This document shows positions 1 to 10,008 of a stretch of 64,000 nt of DNA, in pieces. The translations under genes were made by a program, and so were the position numbers. The notes beneath the pieces were generated by a model. The model saw only the letters and a list, made by a program, of their open reading frames with translations. It was not told the DNA's origin and did no database searches. Source of the DNA: a virus; IMG/VR virus record IMGVR_UViG_3300045988_104412; one strand, written 5' to 3'. Position 1 is the stretch's first letter, and every line of letters begins with the position of its first letter.

Positions 1-1
1 C

Positions 2-2287
2 CGACGCTGGCAATGGCTGTATGGCTGCTCTCCCCGAAGCGTGCGCGACTATCTGCTGACGTACACCATGAATGCGGAAGAGAACTTCCAGTTCGACCAT
101 GACCTTCGCCTTCCACTCTACTCCCGATTGCGTGGAGCCAGGAACACGGAACCATTCGAGATCGAATATCTCCGTGACCCTCGAAGCGGAAAACCAAAGC
201 CACCTACCTGCAAGGTGTCGCCTACGCGATTGTGGCTCTTTATGACCGCTCACGGATATTATCGCATGATAGACCCCGAGAGCACCGACCTTGTCGGACA
301 GTATATCCACCTGAACAAATGCTTTGTGGAGTATATCGACGCAAAGAGTATCATCCAGGCAGCAAAGACAATGCTATTGGAATATATAGAACAGGCATGG
401 CGGCATAGCGACAACGAGCGACGTTTAATGTCCGACTGCGCTAATATGGTGGACAAGACCTTCACGGAGAAGTCTGCCGGAGGTTTGCAGAGCATGGTGA
501 TAAACTTTGCTGATGCCTTCAATGCCAAGACGGAGTATTTTTACTTCAACAATGTAGCATTGAAGATAACACCCGACAGCATCCGCACGGTGTCTTACGA
601 CGACATAAACTTCTTCATCCCCTCGCTTGCCAAGAAGCCGTATGACTTCACGATGCGAGTGTTCAAAACACCGTTCACCATCACCGAACGACAGGAATAC
701 CGCGACCGACTGGAAGCGATAGACAAGAAGGAGAAGATGCAGAATGAGGACGGGTCGCCAGTTTTCACCTACGACGAGATAAAGCAGATGCGTGGCGACC
801 TTATGGAATGGGCTCAGACATACCGTTGGGATGTCAACTGGCAAGGACAGCAAGAAAAAGACCTTTGGCCTATTCTGCGCATAGTGCGCGGATTCTCAAA
901 CACCCTTTGGGAGCGAGAAAGAGACGTGCAACGTAGCAAAGAGAAGCTTACTGATGACGAGCGAGCCGTAATAAACGCCCATTTCGCCAATATGCTTTCG
1001 GGCATAGGCAGGCTTTGTTATCGTTCATGGGAAGGGATGCAGAACGTCTGCCCTTATCTTCTTGAGGATAATATCGCCGACGAGAAACAAGCCTCTGGTG
1101 GTAGTGGTAAGTCGGTATTGGTAAACCTCGTGGTTGGTTCGGCTGTCAATGTGTTCTGTGTTGATATGAAAGACTTCCTTACCGTTGTCGATGCAAAGTT
1201 CTGTCTTTCCGACTTGCTCATATATCCCGGCAAATATCGGGTTGTACACTGGGAGGACAAGCAGAAGAACTTTCCGCTCAAATACTTCTACAACAAGATT
1301 ACCAAAGGTACGAAGGTTGAAAAGAAATTTGGCGACCCCGTTAGTCTGAAGATGGAAGACTCTCCGATGCACGTCATAACAAGCAATAGTCCGTTGAGCG
1401 ACGACGACCCATCTACTATAGGTCGTTTTCCTCTGGTTAGTTTCTCCGACCGCTTCGCTCGCGAGAATCCTCAAAAGCGACAGCCGGCGCGATCACCATC
1501 CGACATTATGAAGCGTTTTGATACCGACCCCGCCAAACTGACTGACACCGACCGCAACCAAGCCATCTACATCTGCGCCTTGGCAGTGCAGTTCTTGATG
1601 CGCTATCACACCTTTGCCATTGCACCGCAAGGCAATGTGCGTCGCCGTCAGATGGTGCAGAAGCTCACCGAGAGCATTGTCCGCTACTTCGAGTGGTTCT
1701 TCTCTCGCAACGAGGTTTACGGAGTGCCTATATGTACCGATGATATGTTCAACGAGTTCATGCGCGACTGGGCAGATGCCTCTGAGGGTAAGTCGAAGGA
1801 GTATAGTCGAGCCACCTTCAAGAAGAAGATATACGACTATTGCGAAAATATGTCGATAACGTGCAATCCTAAGCATCTCTTCGAGAACGAGAGTGACAAG
1901 CAGCGCAAGTGTTTCAAGCTGCAGGCTTGGGTTACGCAGGAATACTTCACTGGGCGCGAATGGGAGAACGACAATACCATCGAGCCGAAGTTTATCCGCT
2001 ATATGCAGACTTCCAAGCACGTCTTCTTCTTCTTCCGTCCTGGCAAGGATGCGATACCGAAGGACTACCGCGAGCTCAAGCGCATAGCAAAAGCCTTTGC
2101 CGAGCAGCCTGACCCTCTGCCTGACCGCGATGACGATGGTAACATCATCACGCTTACCGACGAGGAAAAAGAACGCTGGGAGAACAATAAGACACGCAAG
2201 CAGGGTAGGCGTATGGCGTCGCCTCCGGCAATTACTACCGCCGCAGCTGTTACTTCGGACGTAAAGGAGGAGGATCTGCCGTTCTGA
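2..2287 (+). CDS. P-loop helicase/primase-like replication protein (SF3 / D5-VirE-like), probably 5-prime truncated by the window edge
   Basis: The frame is open back to the window start (no stop before the listed GTG at 41). Walker A-like ASGGSGKSV is present. It sits first in the replication module. Acidic C-terminus ends in EEDLPF. Confidence 0.6.
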   Translation, partial: RRWQWLYGCSPRSVRDYLLTYTMNAEENFQFDHDLRLPLYSRLRGARNTEPFEIEYLRDPRSGKPKPPTCKVSPTRLWLFMTAHGYYRMIDPESTDLVGQYIHLNKCFVEYIDAKSIIQAAKTMLLEYIEQAWRHSDNERRLMSDCANMVDKTFTEKSAGGLQSMVINFADAFNAKTEYFYFNNVALKITPDSIRTVSYDDINFFIPSLAKKPYDFTMRVFKTPFTITERQEYRDRLEAIDKKEKMQNEDGSPVFTYDEIKQMRGDLMEWAQTYRWDVNWQGQQEKDLWPILRIVRGFSNTLWERERDVQRSKEKLTDDERAVINAHFANMLSGIGRLCYRSWEGMQNVCPYLLEDNIADEKQASGGSGKSVLVNLVVGSAVNVFCVDMKDFLTVVDAKFCLSDLLIYPGKYRVVHWEDKQKNFPLKYFYNKITKGTKVEKKFGDPVSLKMEDSPMHVITSNSPLSDDDPSTIGRFPLVSFSDRFARENPQKRQPARSPSDIMKRFDTDPAKLTDTDRNQAIYICALAVQFLMRYHTFAIAPQGNVRRRQMVQKLTESIVRYFEWFFSRNEVYGVPICTDDMFNEFMRDWADASEGKSKEYSRATFKKKIYDYCENMSITCNPKHLFENESDKQRKCFKLQAWVTQEYFTGREWENDNTIEPKFIRYMQTSKHVFFFFRPGKDAIPKDYRELKRIAKAFAEQPDPLPDRDDDGNIITLTDEEKERWENNKTRKQGRRMASPPAITTAAAVTSDVKEEDLPF

Positions 2288-2321
2288 TTGGAAAAAGTCA
2301 AACTTAAAATATTTATAGAGT

Positions 2322-2786
2322 ATGAAGTTATACCGATATATGTCCGTCGACGAATGCAGTCAGTTGGTTCGTGGCGAGACATTAACAAACACAACTGATC
2401 ACAGCTTGACTCGCGGCACGGCAAGCACGGCAAAAGGTTTCAGTTTCGGTATCGGAGATTCCGAGCAGGCAAAAAAGGACTTACGCAGGTTGCGTGGAAT
2501 TATCCGTGCTGAAAGACTTCTGGTGTTCGAGCCAAAGGACATTTCTAAGTTCACGCCATGTCAGGGTCGGTATGTTGATTACGAAAAGATAGATTCCGAA
2601 GGTAAGTGCGTTGACGACTATCCTATAGACGGAATGCCTTGCAGGATGTTCGACGAGTATTGCATTGAAAGTTATTCGTTGGACGACATTGAGTGCGTTG
2701 ATTTGGTTTCCGAATGTTCAGTCGTTCCTTGCTACCCTGAAGAGGTCTTAAGGGTGTATGCCTTTTTGAGGAGTTTTATAAGATAA
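2322..2786 (+). CDS. hypothetical protein
   Basis: 154-aa ORF co-oriented in the replication operon; no recognisable motif. Confidence 0.5.
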   Translation: MKLYRYMSVDECSQLVRGETLTNTTDHSLTRGTASTAKGFSFGIGDSEQAKKDLRRLRGIIRAERLLVFEPKDISKFTPCQGRYVDYEKIDSEGKCVDDYPIDGMPCRMFDEYCIESYSLDDIECVDLVSECSVVPCYPEEVLRVYAFLRSFIR

Positions 2787-2813
2787 TACAAATAACAAAA
2801 AACAATAAATAAT

Positions 2814-3419
2814 ATGGCAAGTTACAATGGTAATATCGACCTGCTTTCGCTCAATGGCGCGCAGGTGTTCAAGGGTATCGACTCGAAAAATCCTGAGCGT
2901 GTGTACGTCTGCATTCCGGCAGGCTTGAACGAAATTAAAGTGGAGCAGGCTCCTAAAGACCCTGCTCGTACATTGGCTAAGTTGCGTGTAAACATCTGGC
3001 CACTCAACGAGCAGTACAAGGCTAAGGTGCGCCAGGCTGCTTTGGAGCGTGGCGACAGCAACGTGACCGTACCGACACACGAAATGCAGATGTCTTTCTC
3101 GGTTGACTATATCAAGGACATTGTACGGAAGTTTCCGAAGCTCGTAGAGCAAGTGAAGGAAGCCAACAAAGAACGCGACCCCGAGATTGTAAACCAAGAC
3201 CCCACCGACGAGGAGACTCACCTCTTCAAGGCTATCCGCCAGCGAATGAATAAGCGTCTGGCCATGCTCTATCAGCCACAGCCGGCGCAGCATCCGTCAC
3301 CCTATACAACACCTAATGTGGGCGTAGCAGGTGCAGCCACTGGATATGTGGCACCAGCCGAGAGCACCGACCCACTCGCCGACTATACCGATGCCGACGT
3401 AGGTGATCTGCCGTTCTAA
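2814..3419 (+). CDS. putative ssDNA-binding protein (non-canonical, with SSB-like C-terminal tip)
   Basis: A Pro/Gln/Gly-rich linker is followed by the acidic tip DADVGDLPF, which resembles the bacterial SSB tail DDDIPF. Located between the helicase and the clamp. Confidence 0.45.
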   Translation: MASYNGNIDLLSLNGAQVFKGIDSKNPERVYVCIPAGLNEIKVEQAPKDPARTLAKLRVNIWPLNEQYKAKVRQAALERGDSNVTVPTHEMQMSFSVDYIKDIVRKFPKLVEQVKEANKERDPEIVNQDPTDEETHLFKAIRQRMNKRLAMLYQPQPAQHPSPYTTPNVGVAGAATGYVAPAESTDPLADYTDADVGDLPF

Positions 3420-3443
3420 TTCAAATTGCGCAATGCGCAACAA

Positions 3444-3471
3444 TTCAAAATTCAAAATTCAAAACTCAAAA
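3444..3471 (+). repeat. 4 x 7-bp tandem repeat (TTCAAAA x3, CTCAAAA) in the A-rich leader of the clamp gene
   Basis: Read directly: ttcaaaa ttcaaaa ttcaaaa ctcaaaa, immediately upstream of ATG 3474. Confidence 0.8.
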
Positions 3472-3473
3472 AT

Positions 3474-4664
3474 ATGAAACTTCAAGCCCAATCATCACGC
3501 GCTTTTCACGCAGCCCTTAACAAGTCGGCAAAGTGTATCGGCTCAAAAAATCCAATTGCCATTTTCGACAATGTGCTGCTGACCTGCAACGAAAGCGGTC
3601 TGTTCTTTCTTACGTCATCTACTGCAGAAGCACAGCTCACCATCCCGGCACCCCTTTCGTTGTGCGGTGGCAAGTTTGAAAAGCCGATAGTGCTGCCCAT
3701 CAAAATGCTCAGTTCGCTGTTAGGCACGCTGCCCGACTGCGTTGTTACTCTGGATGTAGAGGAGGGTGGCTCGTCGTTCACCGTAGAGTATTGCACCGGC
3801 AGTGGCGACAACGTTAAGTCGGGCAAGGCTAAAATGGCATATTTCTCGGGCGACGAATACCCCCAGATGTTGTTGCCCAAGAGTGAGGCATCGACAATCA
3901 TTTGTCTGCCTTGTCAGTTGTTTCATTCTGTTATAGATACTGCGGACAAGTTCGTTCAGATAGACGAGTATCGCCCCCAGCTTTCCAGCTTGTGCGTAGA
4001 CATTGCTGACGACCGCTCAGAGGTGGTCTTTGCGGCTACGAACGGACACACGCTTGCGAAGATAGTACACAGCAATGATCCGCAGAAGGGCGGTAGTGAT
4101 TTCTTCCGTAGTGGCGAGCCTCGCAAGACGCTTATCCTTCGCAACTACTTCCGTACGTTGTCTGCCTTTGACGGCTGCGAGGAGATCAGTATCGAGAACG
4201 ACGGAAACACCATTCGTTTTTCGTCGGGCGACATCGAACTTATCTGCAAGCACATGGAGGGCAAATACCCTAACTACAACGGCGTAATTCCGAAGTCCCA
4301 TCCTTACTTCGTCGTATTTGAAAAGAAGGAAATGATTGACATCCTGCGCCGTGTCAGTCTTTTCTCAAATAGCGCAAGCAATCTTGTCAAGGTAGAGAAG
4401 AACGGCATCTTCATCAACGTTTCTGCGAGTGATATGGATTTTGCTATGTCCGGCGAAGACCAGGTGCTCATATCTAACGCAGAGTGCCCCGACAATTTCC
4501 GTATCGGATTGAAGTCGTCGGCTTTTCAGACCTGCATCAACTCCATTCCTTCAGACACCATCCGTATGCAGTTGCACGACTCTATGCACGCCGTAGTGCT
4601 CACCGCCGACACACCTGCGCCTAAAGTGATGACGCTTGTGATGCCGATGGTGCTTGACGACTAA
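3474..4664 (+). CDS. dnaN: DNA polymerase III beta sliding clamp
   Basis: About 396 aa with three-domain length. The N-terminus has the IFDNVLL...LTSSTAEAQL pattern, and the KYPNYNGVIPK motif is typical of beta clamps. ATG 3474 is preferred over the listed TTG at 3426. Confidence 0.8.
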   Translation: MKLQAQSSRAFHAALNKSAKCIGSKNPIAIFDNVLLTCNESGLFFLTSSTAEAQLTIPAPLSLCGGKFEKPIVLPIKMLSSLLGTLPDCVVTLDVEEGGSSFTVEYCTGSGDNVKSGKAKMAYFSGDEYPQMLLPKSEASTIICLPCQLFHSVIDTADKFVQIDEYRPQLSSLCVDIADDRSEVVFAATNGHTLAKIVHSNDPQKGGSDFFRSGEPRKTLILRNYFRTLSAFDGCEEISIENDGNTIRFSSGDIELICKHMEGKYPNYNGVIPKSHPYFVVFEKKEMIDILRRVSLFSNSASNLVKVEKNGIFINVSASDMDFAMSGEDQVLISNAECPDNFRIGLKSSAFQTCINSIPSDTIRMQLHDSMHAVVLTADTPAPKVMTLVMPMVLDD

Positions 4665-4696
4665 TCGATAATTAATAACTAATAATTAATAATCAA

Positions 4697-5329
4697 ATGG
4701 ACGATACTCTACTTTTCATTCCGCCTTGCTGCGTAGACACCAAGCTGCCCAAGGCGGTCAACCAGGCGCCCCACCGTCAGCTTACGTTTTACACACATGG
4801 CGACGTGACGGTAGAGAAATTCTATAAGGCAGTGAGCCATCTCGTGATAGACTCGCACGTGATGGTGCTCACCATGCCTTGCCCCAAACTGGAGACTTTC
4901 ATGTTTCTGGCGCAGTGCTTTGAGCGGGGGTGGATTACCCACCTCGTACTCTCCACTGTTTACTCATGCGATTCTTTGTTGAATAAGCACCTGGGCGAAT
5001 ATGCAGACCGCATCATCTATGCACAGAGCGATGATGTGAGTTTTTTTAGCAGTCACATGGTGCTTTACAACAAAGACCGCGCCTTGACGCTCAGCGGACC
5101 GATGTTCGATCGTCCTCAAACCGACGCGGCTCTCGTGTCCTACTCTCTCGTGTTCTATCCCTCCCACCTGCTAAACTCCACAGCCGACTGGGGCAATTCT
5201 CTCCGCAATATCCTCTTCCCCGACGTTCTGCGTCAGCGCAAGAAGATGTTTGCAGGAGGCGTAAAACGAATTAAAGATAAGGAAATTGACCGATTTATAC
5301 ATCTTGAATTTCCGCCCATGCGGGAATAA
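4697..5329 (+). CDS. hypothetical protein
   Basis: 210-aa ORF, co-oriented; a T7 run inside stays in frame. Confidence 0.5.
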   Translation: MDDTLLFIPPCCVDTKLPKAVNQAPHRQLTFYTHGDVTVEKFYKAVSHLVIDSHVMVLTMPCPKLETFMFLAQCFERGWITHLVLSTVYSCDSLLNKHLGEYADRIIYAQSDDVSFFSSHMVLYNKDRALTLSGPMFDRPQTDAALVSYSLVFYPSHLLNSTADWGNSLRNILFPDVLRQRKKMFAGGVKRIKDKEIDRFIHLEFPPMRE

Positions 5330-5341
5330 TGAAATACCAAA

Positions 5342-5653
5342 ATGAGACCTTTAACCCAATCTTATACAGAGCTGCGTCGTTTCGTTGAAAAATGGCAATG
5401 GGACGACCCGCGTACGGGATGCCGTGTGACGGGATTCAATCCTCCGCAGACGGCGATGAATGTGCAGCGAATGCCGTTCTACATCAGGTTTCTCACCAAG
5501 ACCGGACACGTAGTTGCCGGCATGTGCATCTGCCTCGCCGTAAACACCGACCGTCATCAGCGCAAGGTGCAGTTCGTCGAGAGTGGGGAGATAAGAGTTG
5601 TGAACGACATACTCGTGCTTGAAGTGGACGGCACGAGATTTATAACGCATTAA
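5342..5653 (+). CDS. hypothetical protein
   Basis: 103-aa ORF, tightly packed after the previous gene. Confidence 0.45.
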   Translation: MRPLTQSYTELRRFVEKWQWDDPRTGCRVTGFNPPQTAMNVQRMPFYIRFLTKTGHVVAGMCICLAVNTDRHQRKVQFVESGEIRVVNDILVLEVDGTRFITH

Positions 5654-5768
5654 TAATTGTTTTTTCGTAATATCATCTTGGTTGGGGAGAGCCCCGACAT
5701 TTTTAAAGTTTGCGTAATAATTTACTCAAATTGTTGTAAAATTTAGTTTTTCAAGTCTTTTGTATTCT

Positions 5769-5840
5769 GTTCGCGAGAATAGATATAAAGTTAATTTAAT
5801 AATAATAATTGTTTTTTCCCCTTCGGTTCGCGAGAATAGA
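5769..5840 (+). promoter_or_regulatory. two perfect 15-bp direct repeats GTTCGCGAGAATAGA (5769..5783 and 5826..5840), putative operator pair
   Basis: Exact repeat with 57-bp spacing in an AT-rich intergenic region upstream of ATG 5856. Contains the palindromic core TCGCGA. Confidence 0.5.
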
Positions 5841-5855
5841 AGGTTTTTATTTGGA

Positions 5856-6440
5856 ATGTTCAATCAAAACAATATAGATATGTGGAATTTACTAAAAAAT
5901 CAGAAAAAAAAGACGGAGAAGGAGCTGCGCGATTTGTCGGCGACTTTCTCCATACTCGACACGTTTGAGAAGTGCGAGGCGTTATATTGGCAACGCAAAG
6001 GTAAGGCATTGCTGGTAAGCGAAGTATTAGGCAGACTGAAACTTGCCGAAGGCAGAGACGGATTTCTGCGCTTTCTTAATCAGGTGTCGATGTGGCAGAA
6101 TTATCGTTTGCTGGCTGAAGCCTATGAATCTCTTCGTTTGAAGGTAGAGACCGAGGCTGTACGCAAGGCGCGGGCTCAGTTCGCTATGCTCACTAAAGCC
6201 GACATGCAGCGCATTCGTCAGAATGCACGTGAGAATATGGAGATGATACCGCCAGAGCGGCTCGACTACATAAAGGAGTTCGACATCTTTATCCTTCGTG
6301 CCGGTGCTCCGTCTGCTGAGCTGGCTACAGAGGAGAACGGGCAGTTGCTCGCCATCGGCCATTTTGACGGAGAGAAGGTGGAGATGGCAATGTACGACGA
6401 CGTTAAGTACAATCTGTTTAAACCGGAAGAGAATGATTAA
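5856..6440 (+). CDS. hypothetical protein
   Basis: ATG 5856 (MFNQNN...) is chosen because the listed upstream extension covers the repeat-containing intergenic region. An A8 run inside stays in frame. Confidence 0.5.
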   Translation: MFNQNNIDMWNLLKNQKKKTEKELRDLSATFSILDTFEKCEALYWQRKGKALLVSEVLGRLKLAEGRDGFLRFLNQVSMWQNYRLLAEAYESLRLKVETEAVRKARAQFAMLTKADMQRIRQNARENMEMIPPERLDYIKEFDIFILRAGAPSAELATEENGQLLAIGHFDGEKVEMAMYDDVKYNLFKPEEND

Positions 6441-7008
6441 ACTTTCATTAGACCGCCACGATTTTCTTTATGCCCTTGAAGGTTTCGCGTACGGATCTCA
6501 TTTGAGGCAGCACGTTTGGAGGACTATGGTGTATGCGTCGATACCGCAGATGTCGGTAGAGGACATGGACTACTTTTGGTTCTTCTTGCGGCGTGATTTT
6601 TTCGGGTCGTACTTTCGAGAAAAAGAAGATTCGGTGCAAACGCGTTTTGGCTATTACGACTTTATGCACGTTCTTGCGGTGCTGCATCGCGGCAACCGAT
6701 ATAAGGTGACACTTAGGACAAAGGAGGGAGAAGAAGCGCAGCGCTGCCTATGCTACAGATTTGACGGACACTACCGCCCGCTGCATAATTATCAGCGCAG
6801 CAAGAAACGGAGACGCTTACGTTTAGAAAAGAAGGTTGCGTTGTTTGACCTCTTTATTCCTGACGAGAATATAAGCGTTGCCGTAAAAGTCAAGAGTGGG
6901 GCAAACAAGTTCGTAGAGGAAAACAAGGAAGAATGGTGGAAAGACCTTGACATTTATGATGACTTCCGTCGGAGATTCGGCCTAACGGTTGAGAAGTGCG
7001 ACTATTGA
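6433..7008 (+). CDS. hypothetical protein
   Basis: ATG 6433 overlaps the previous stop (ATGATTAA). The listed 6298 start would overlap the previous gene by 140 nt. Confidence 0.5.
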   Translation: MIKLSLDRHDFLYALEGFAYGSHLRQHVWRTMVYASIPQMSVEDMDYFWFFLRRDFFGSYFREKEDSVQTRFGYYDFMHVLAVLHRGNRYKVTLRTKEGEEAQRCLCYRFDGHYRPLHNYQRSKKRRRLRLEKKVALFDLFIPDENISVAVKVKSGANKFVEENKEEWWKDLDIYDDFRRRFGLTVEKCDY

Positions 7009-7072
7009 CAATTAAAGCAAAACGAATGATAACAAAGATATAAACAATATCCAATTACATAAAACAACAAAT

Positions 7073-7534
7073 ATGGAAACGAAAGAGATAAAAAAAGAAG
7101 TGTTAGACAAGGAGATAGCTGCATCTGTTCTTAAGACTATTGGTAGCTGCAAAAACGTTACTCCAGAAGAGGCTCAAGCGGCAGTAAAGAATGCTATTGA
7201 CATCGTGGAGAGGGCTTTCGCTGCATTTGCGCAGGGTCAGAACAAAGACGAAGCGCAGCCGCAGGAGCCAGTCGGCGAGTCTTTGGAGACTCGCATTAAT
7301 GATTTTACCCATGCGTTCGAGGCCTACAACCTCTTCACCGTGATACTTGCTAAGTACGAAGGTCGCGAGGTTACTGCCAAACACCTCACCAAAATGGCGA
7401 AGCGCTTCGTGCGTATATGTTTGAAGGGTGTGGACGGTGTAGAACTTGACGACATCCTCACTGAGGTAAAAGTTGATAAGAACGGCAGAGGTCATCTGAC
7501 CTTGTCTTTCCGCAAAATCGTAAAAGAGAAGTAG
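7073..7534 (+). CDS. hypothetical protein (ends in TAG, in frame with the next ORF)
   Basis: 153-aa ORF with stop TAG at 7532..7534. Confidence 0.5.
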   Translation: METKEIKKEVLDKEIAASVLKTIGSCKNVTPEEAQAAVKNAIDIVERAFAAFAQGQNKDEAQPQEPVGESLETRINDFTHAFEAYNLFTVILAKYEGREVTAKHLTKMAKRFVRICLKGVDGVELDDILTEVKVDKNGRGHLTLSFRKIVKEK

Positions 7535-7537
7535 TCT

Positions 7538-7909
7538 ATGCCAACGAACAACGGATGTCATACCAAACTGGAAGGTTTGGCAAACGATAAAGAGGTAAGG
7601 AAGGTTGCGGTAACAATGTTCCGCAATTCCTGCAATCGGCTTGCCGATTTGGTGAACGCAAAGCTATTTGACGGATCACGCAACTGGTATTGGATAGCTG
7701 ATGAGATAGGAGGCACGTGCGACTTCGAAGAAGCCGACTCTTTATCTCCCGACGAGATGGTGCGTATTTTGGAGGCGGATATGAGTCACGAAGATTATGT
7801 TGAGTGGCGCGAAGCGAATTTGGCTAACGACCGATACATCAATCTGAAGTCGTGGCTTTTGGGCGCACGGCACGATATGTTTAAAGAAGAAACTAAAACT
7901 TTTGAATAA
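7538..7909 (+). CDS. hypothetical protein
   Basis: 123-aa ORF. Its ATG lies one codon after the preceding TAG, in the same frame. Confidence 0.5.
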   Translation: MPTNNGCHTKLEGLANDKEVRKVAVTMFRNSCNRLADLVNAKLFDGSRNWYWIADEIGGTCDFEEADSLSPDEMVRILEADMSHEDYVEWREANLANDRYINLKSWLLGARHDMFKEETKTFE

Positions 7910-7982
7910 TTCATCGGATAAAAACAATTTGTTCGTAATTTGTTTTTTTTCTTTTCTTAGCGAAGGAAAGTTTTAAAACATT

Positions 7983-8013
7983 GGCAGTCGCTGTGAAGCG
8001 GCTGCCTTTTTTT
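7983..8013. terminator. bidirectional rho-independent terminator between convergent operons
   Basis: Hairpin GGCAGTCGC-tgtgaa-GCGGCTGCC followed by a T7 run. Lies between the + strand gene ending at 7909 and the - strand terminase gene ending at 8012. Confidence 0.65.
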
Positions 8014-10006
8014 ACCTTCCACTCGGCATCACGAACCAACCGCCGCCACTCCTGTAGTATTTGTAGCCAAGATATAGAGTGTCAAAAGCATCGGTAAAGT
8101 CGGTACGTTGCTGCAGTGGCAGCGTCTCCTCACTTTCCGGCTTCTTTTCGCCCGACTTATCCTTATGAAATCCCTTGTACGAAATCTGCACCTCGCACAT
8201 CTGCATGGCGATGATAAGGTCGGGGTTGTTTATTTGGTTAATACGGATGGCGGGGTAGGAGAGGTGAGCAAGACCGTCGTTAATGATTTGATGTTTCACC
8301 TCGTGCTTTTCTGGAGCGCCCATGTCTATTGCTGTCACGTTCCAACCTCGTTTCTCCAGTTCTGCAATCACTATCATATAGAAGCGCTCGTCGCTCGAAG
8401 CGTATGAGGCTCCCTGCTTGGCAGTGGCATCATAGAAATACGTCACGTCGCGGTTGACGGCTCGCTTTGGAGCGTAGTAGTCTGAAAAATCGGCAATTAG
8501 TTCGCGTAGTTTGCGCTCGTTCTTTACGTAAAAACTCTTTATCACATTCAGACACTCCATGCCGTCACGCGCGTAGCCTTGTCCCACAACGAGCGTATTG
8601 ATGTTAGCATTATAGTCGAGAGCTATATATAAAGGCAGGGAGTTAATGCAGTCGGAATCCATTCGACAGTCGTTGCGCTCGGCGAGTTCCTGGAAGTCGG
8701 GTTGGTAACTCTCGCTTGTAATGCGCTTGCCACCGATGATGCCTGTAGATTTTTGCGTAGAAAACTTTGCGGAGCTGAGAGGGTCTATCTCGTCGGGGAT
8801 ATAGCCATGCACATGGTCGATGTCGAGATTTGAGTAAAAGCCGTCGTTCGACTTCTGCATCTTTATATTGAGAATTGATACGGCGAAGGTATATGGTGGC
8901 AGGTCACGCTTCATCTGACGAATATAGTCTTCACCTAAAATATCCACATTGTCGAGAGATGAAGCACGACGCACACAGAAAGCCACTCGGCGCAGTTCAC
9001 GTAGATAACCGTCCGTGAACTTCTTTGAGCGCAGAAACATCTGCATTTCGAAATCCTCTTCTGGCGTAATAAGGTATTCGTAATCGTAAACCAGTTCGGC
9101 ATCCTTTAGTGGAATGAGTTTATAGTTTACCGCCATATCCACCATTGCCTTTGTGACGTGTTTGCCATGATTGGGCATGATGCGGAACTGTCCTTCATGC
9201 TTCATCATCTTCAGAGCCACGGCACGGATCATCGTACGCAGCTCCTTTGGCACCACATGAACCCCGTGATCGGTCTTCTTTGCGTTATACAGCAGGTCGT
9301 TGTAGCGTATTACCTTGTTGGCGTAGTCCTCCAACTGCTCCTGCACCCATCGGTAAGTCTTGCCCTTGAACGGCCCCGTCTCAACGGTTAAGTCCAATTT
9401 CTCCTCTTCCTTCTCCAGCCACGAACCTTTGGTTGTGAGCGAGGCATCCGAGAGGAAGCGCGTACTCTTATACATCGGGTTGTAGTCAGAGAAATTGATG
9501 TTGCCTAATGGGTGCGTCTGTCCCGAAAGCGCCGGCATCAACTCGTCCGTTACTTTCTTATACGGGAAGAATCTCGCCTCGTCGCCCACCATTGCCGAGA
9601 ACGTGTAGGAGTTGGCAGAGGCAGTCTGCGAGAGAGATATAAGAACCCATCCGGCACCATTCGCCAGCCAAATATAGTTGTCGTAGTTCTTAGGTTTAAA
9701 GATACTCTCCCGAACGTGTTTAGGTGGCCGTCCCCATCCGAAATGGACTCCTTGCGTAAAACCGAACATACGCTCCATTGCCGCCATCGTACCCGGAATG
9801 GTCTTGCCGAAGCCTTGCTGACGCGACACAGCCACCCATGCGCCGAGCATACCTGGCATTGAATTGCTTGCCGTCCAGACGTAAGGAGCCACCAGTCCGT
9901 CGGTCTTACCCACACGGCGGGCAGCAATCACTCGCTCATCCTTGGCTCCCATGTATAGCGACTGCTGCTGGAACTTAGTTAAATATATGTTATGTGCTTG
10001 TTGCAT
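8012..10006 (-). CDS. terL: terminase large subunit
   Basis: 664 aa. Walker A-like ARRVGKTDG, Walker B-like MVGDEARF, and a C-terminal nuclease-like ALDYNANINTLVVGQ segment. Confidence 0.8.
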   Translation of the reverse strand: MQQAHNIYLTKFQQQSLYMGAKDERVIAARRVGKTDGLVAPYVWTASNSMPGMLGAWVAVSRQQGFGKTIPGTMAAMERMFGFTQGVHFGWGRPPKHVRESIFKPKNYDNYIWLANGAGWVLISLSQTASANSYTFSAMVGDEARFFPYKKVTDELMPALSGQTHPLGNINFSDYNPMYKSTRFLSDASLTTKGSWLEKEEEKLDLTVETGPFKGKTYRWVQEQLEDYANKVIRYNDLLYNAKKTDHGVHVVPKELRTMIRAVALKMMKHEGQFRIMPNHGKHVTKAMVDMAVNYKLIPLKDAELVYDYEYLITPEEDFEMQMFLRSKKFTDGYLRELRRVAFCVRRASSLDNVDILGEDYIRQMKRDLPPYTFAVSILNIKMQKSNDGFYSNLDIDHVHGYIPDEIDPLSSAKFSTQKSTGIIGGKRITSESYQPDFQELAERNDCRMDSDCINSLPLYIALDYNANINTLVVGQGYARDGMECLNVIKSFYVKNERKLRELIADFSDYYAPKRAVNRDVTYFYDATAKQGASYASSDERFYMIVIAELEKRGWNVTAIDMGAPEKHEVKHQIINDGLAHLSYPAIRINQINNPDLIIAMQMCEVQISYKGFHKDKSGEKKPESEETLPLQQRTDFTDAFDTLYLGYKYYRSGGGWFVMPSGR

Positions 10007-10008
10007 TG

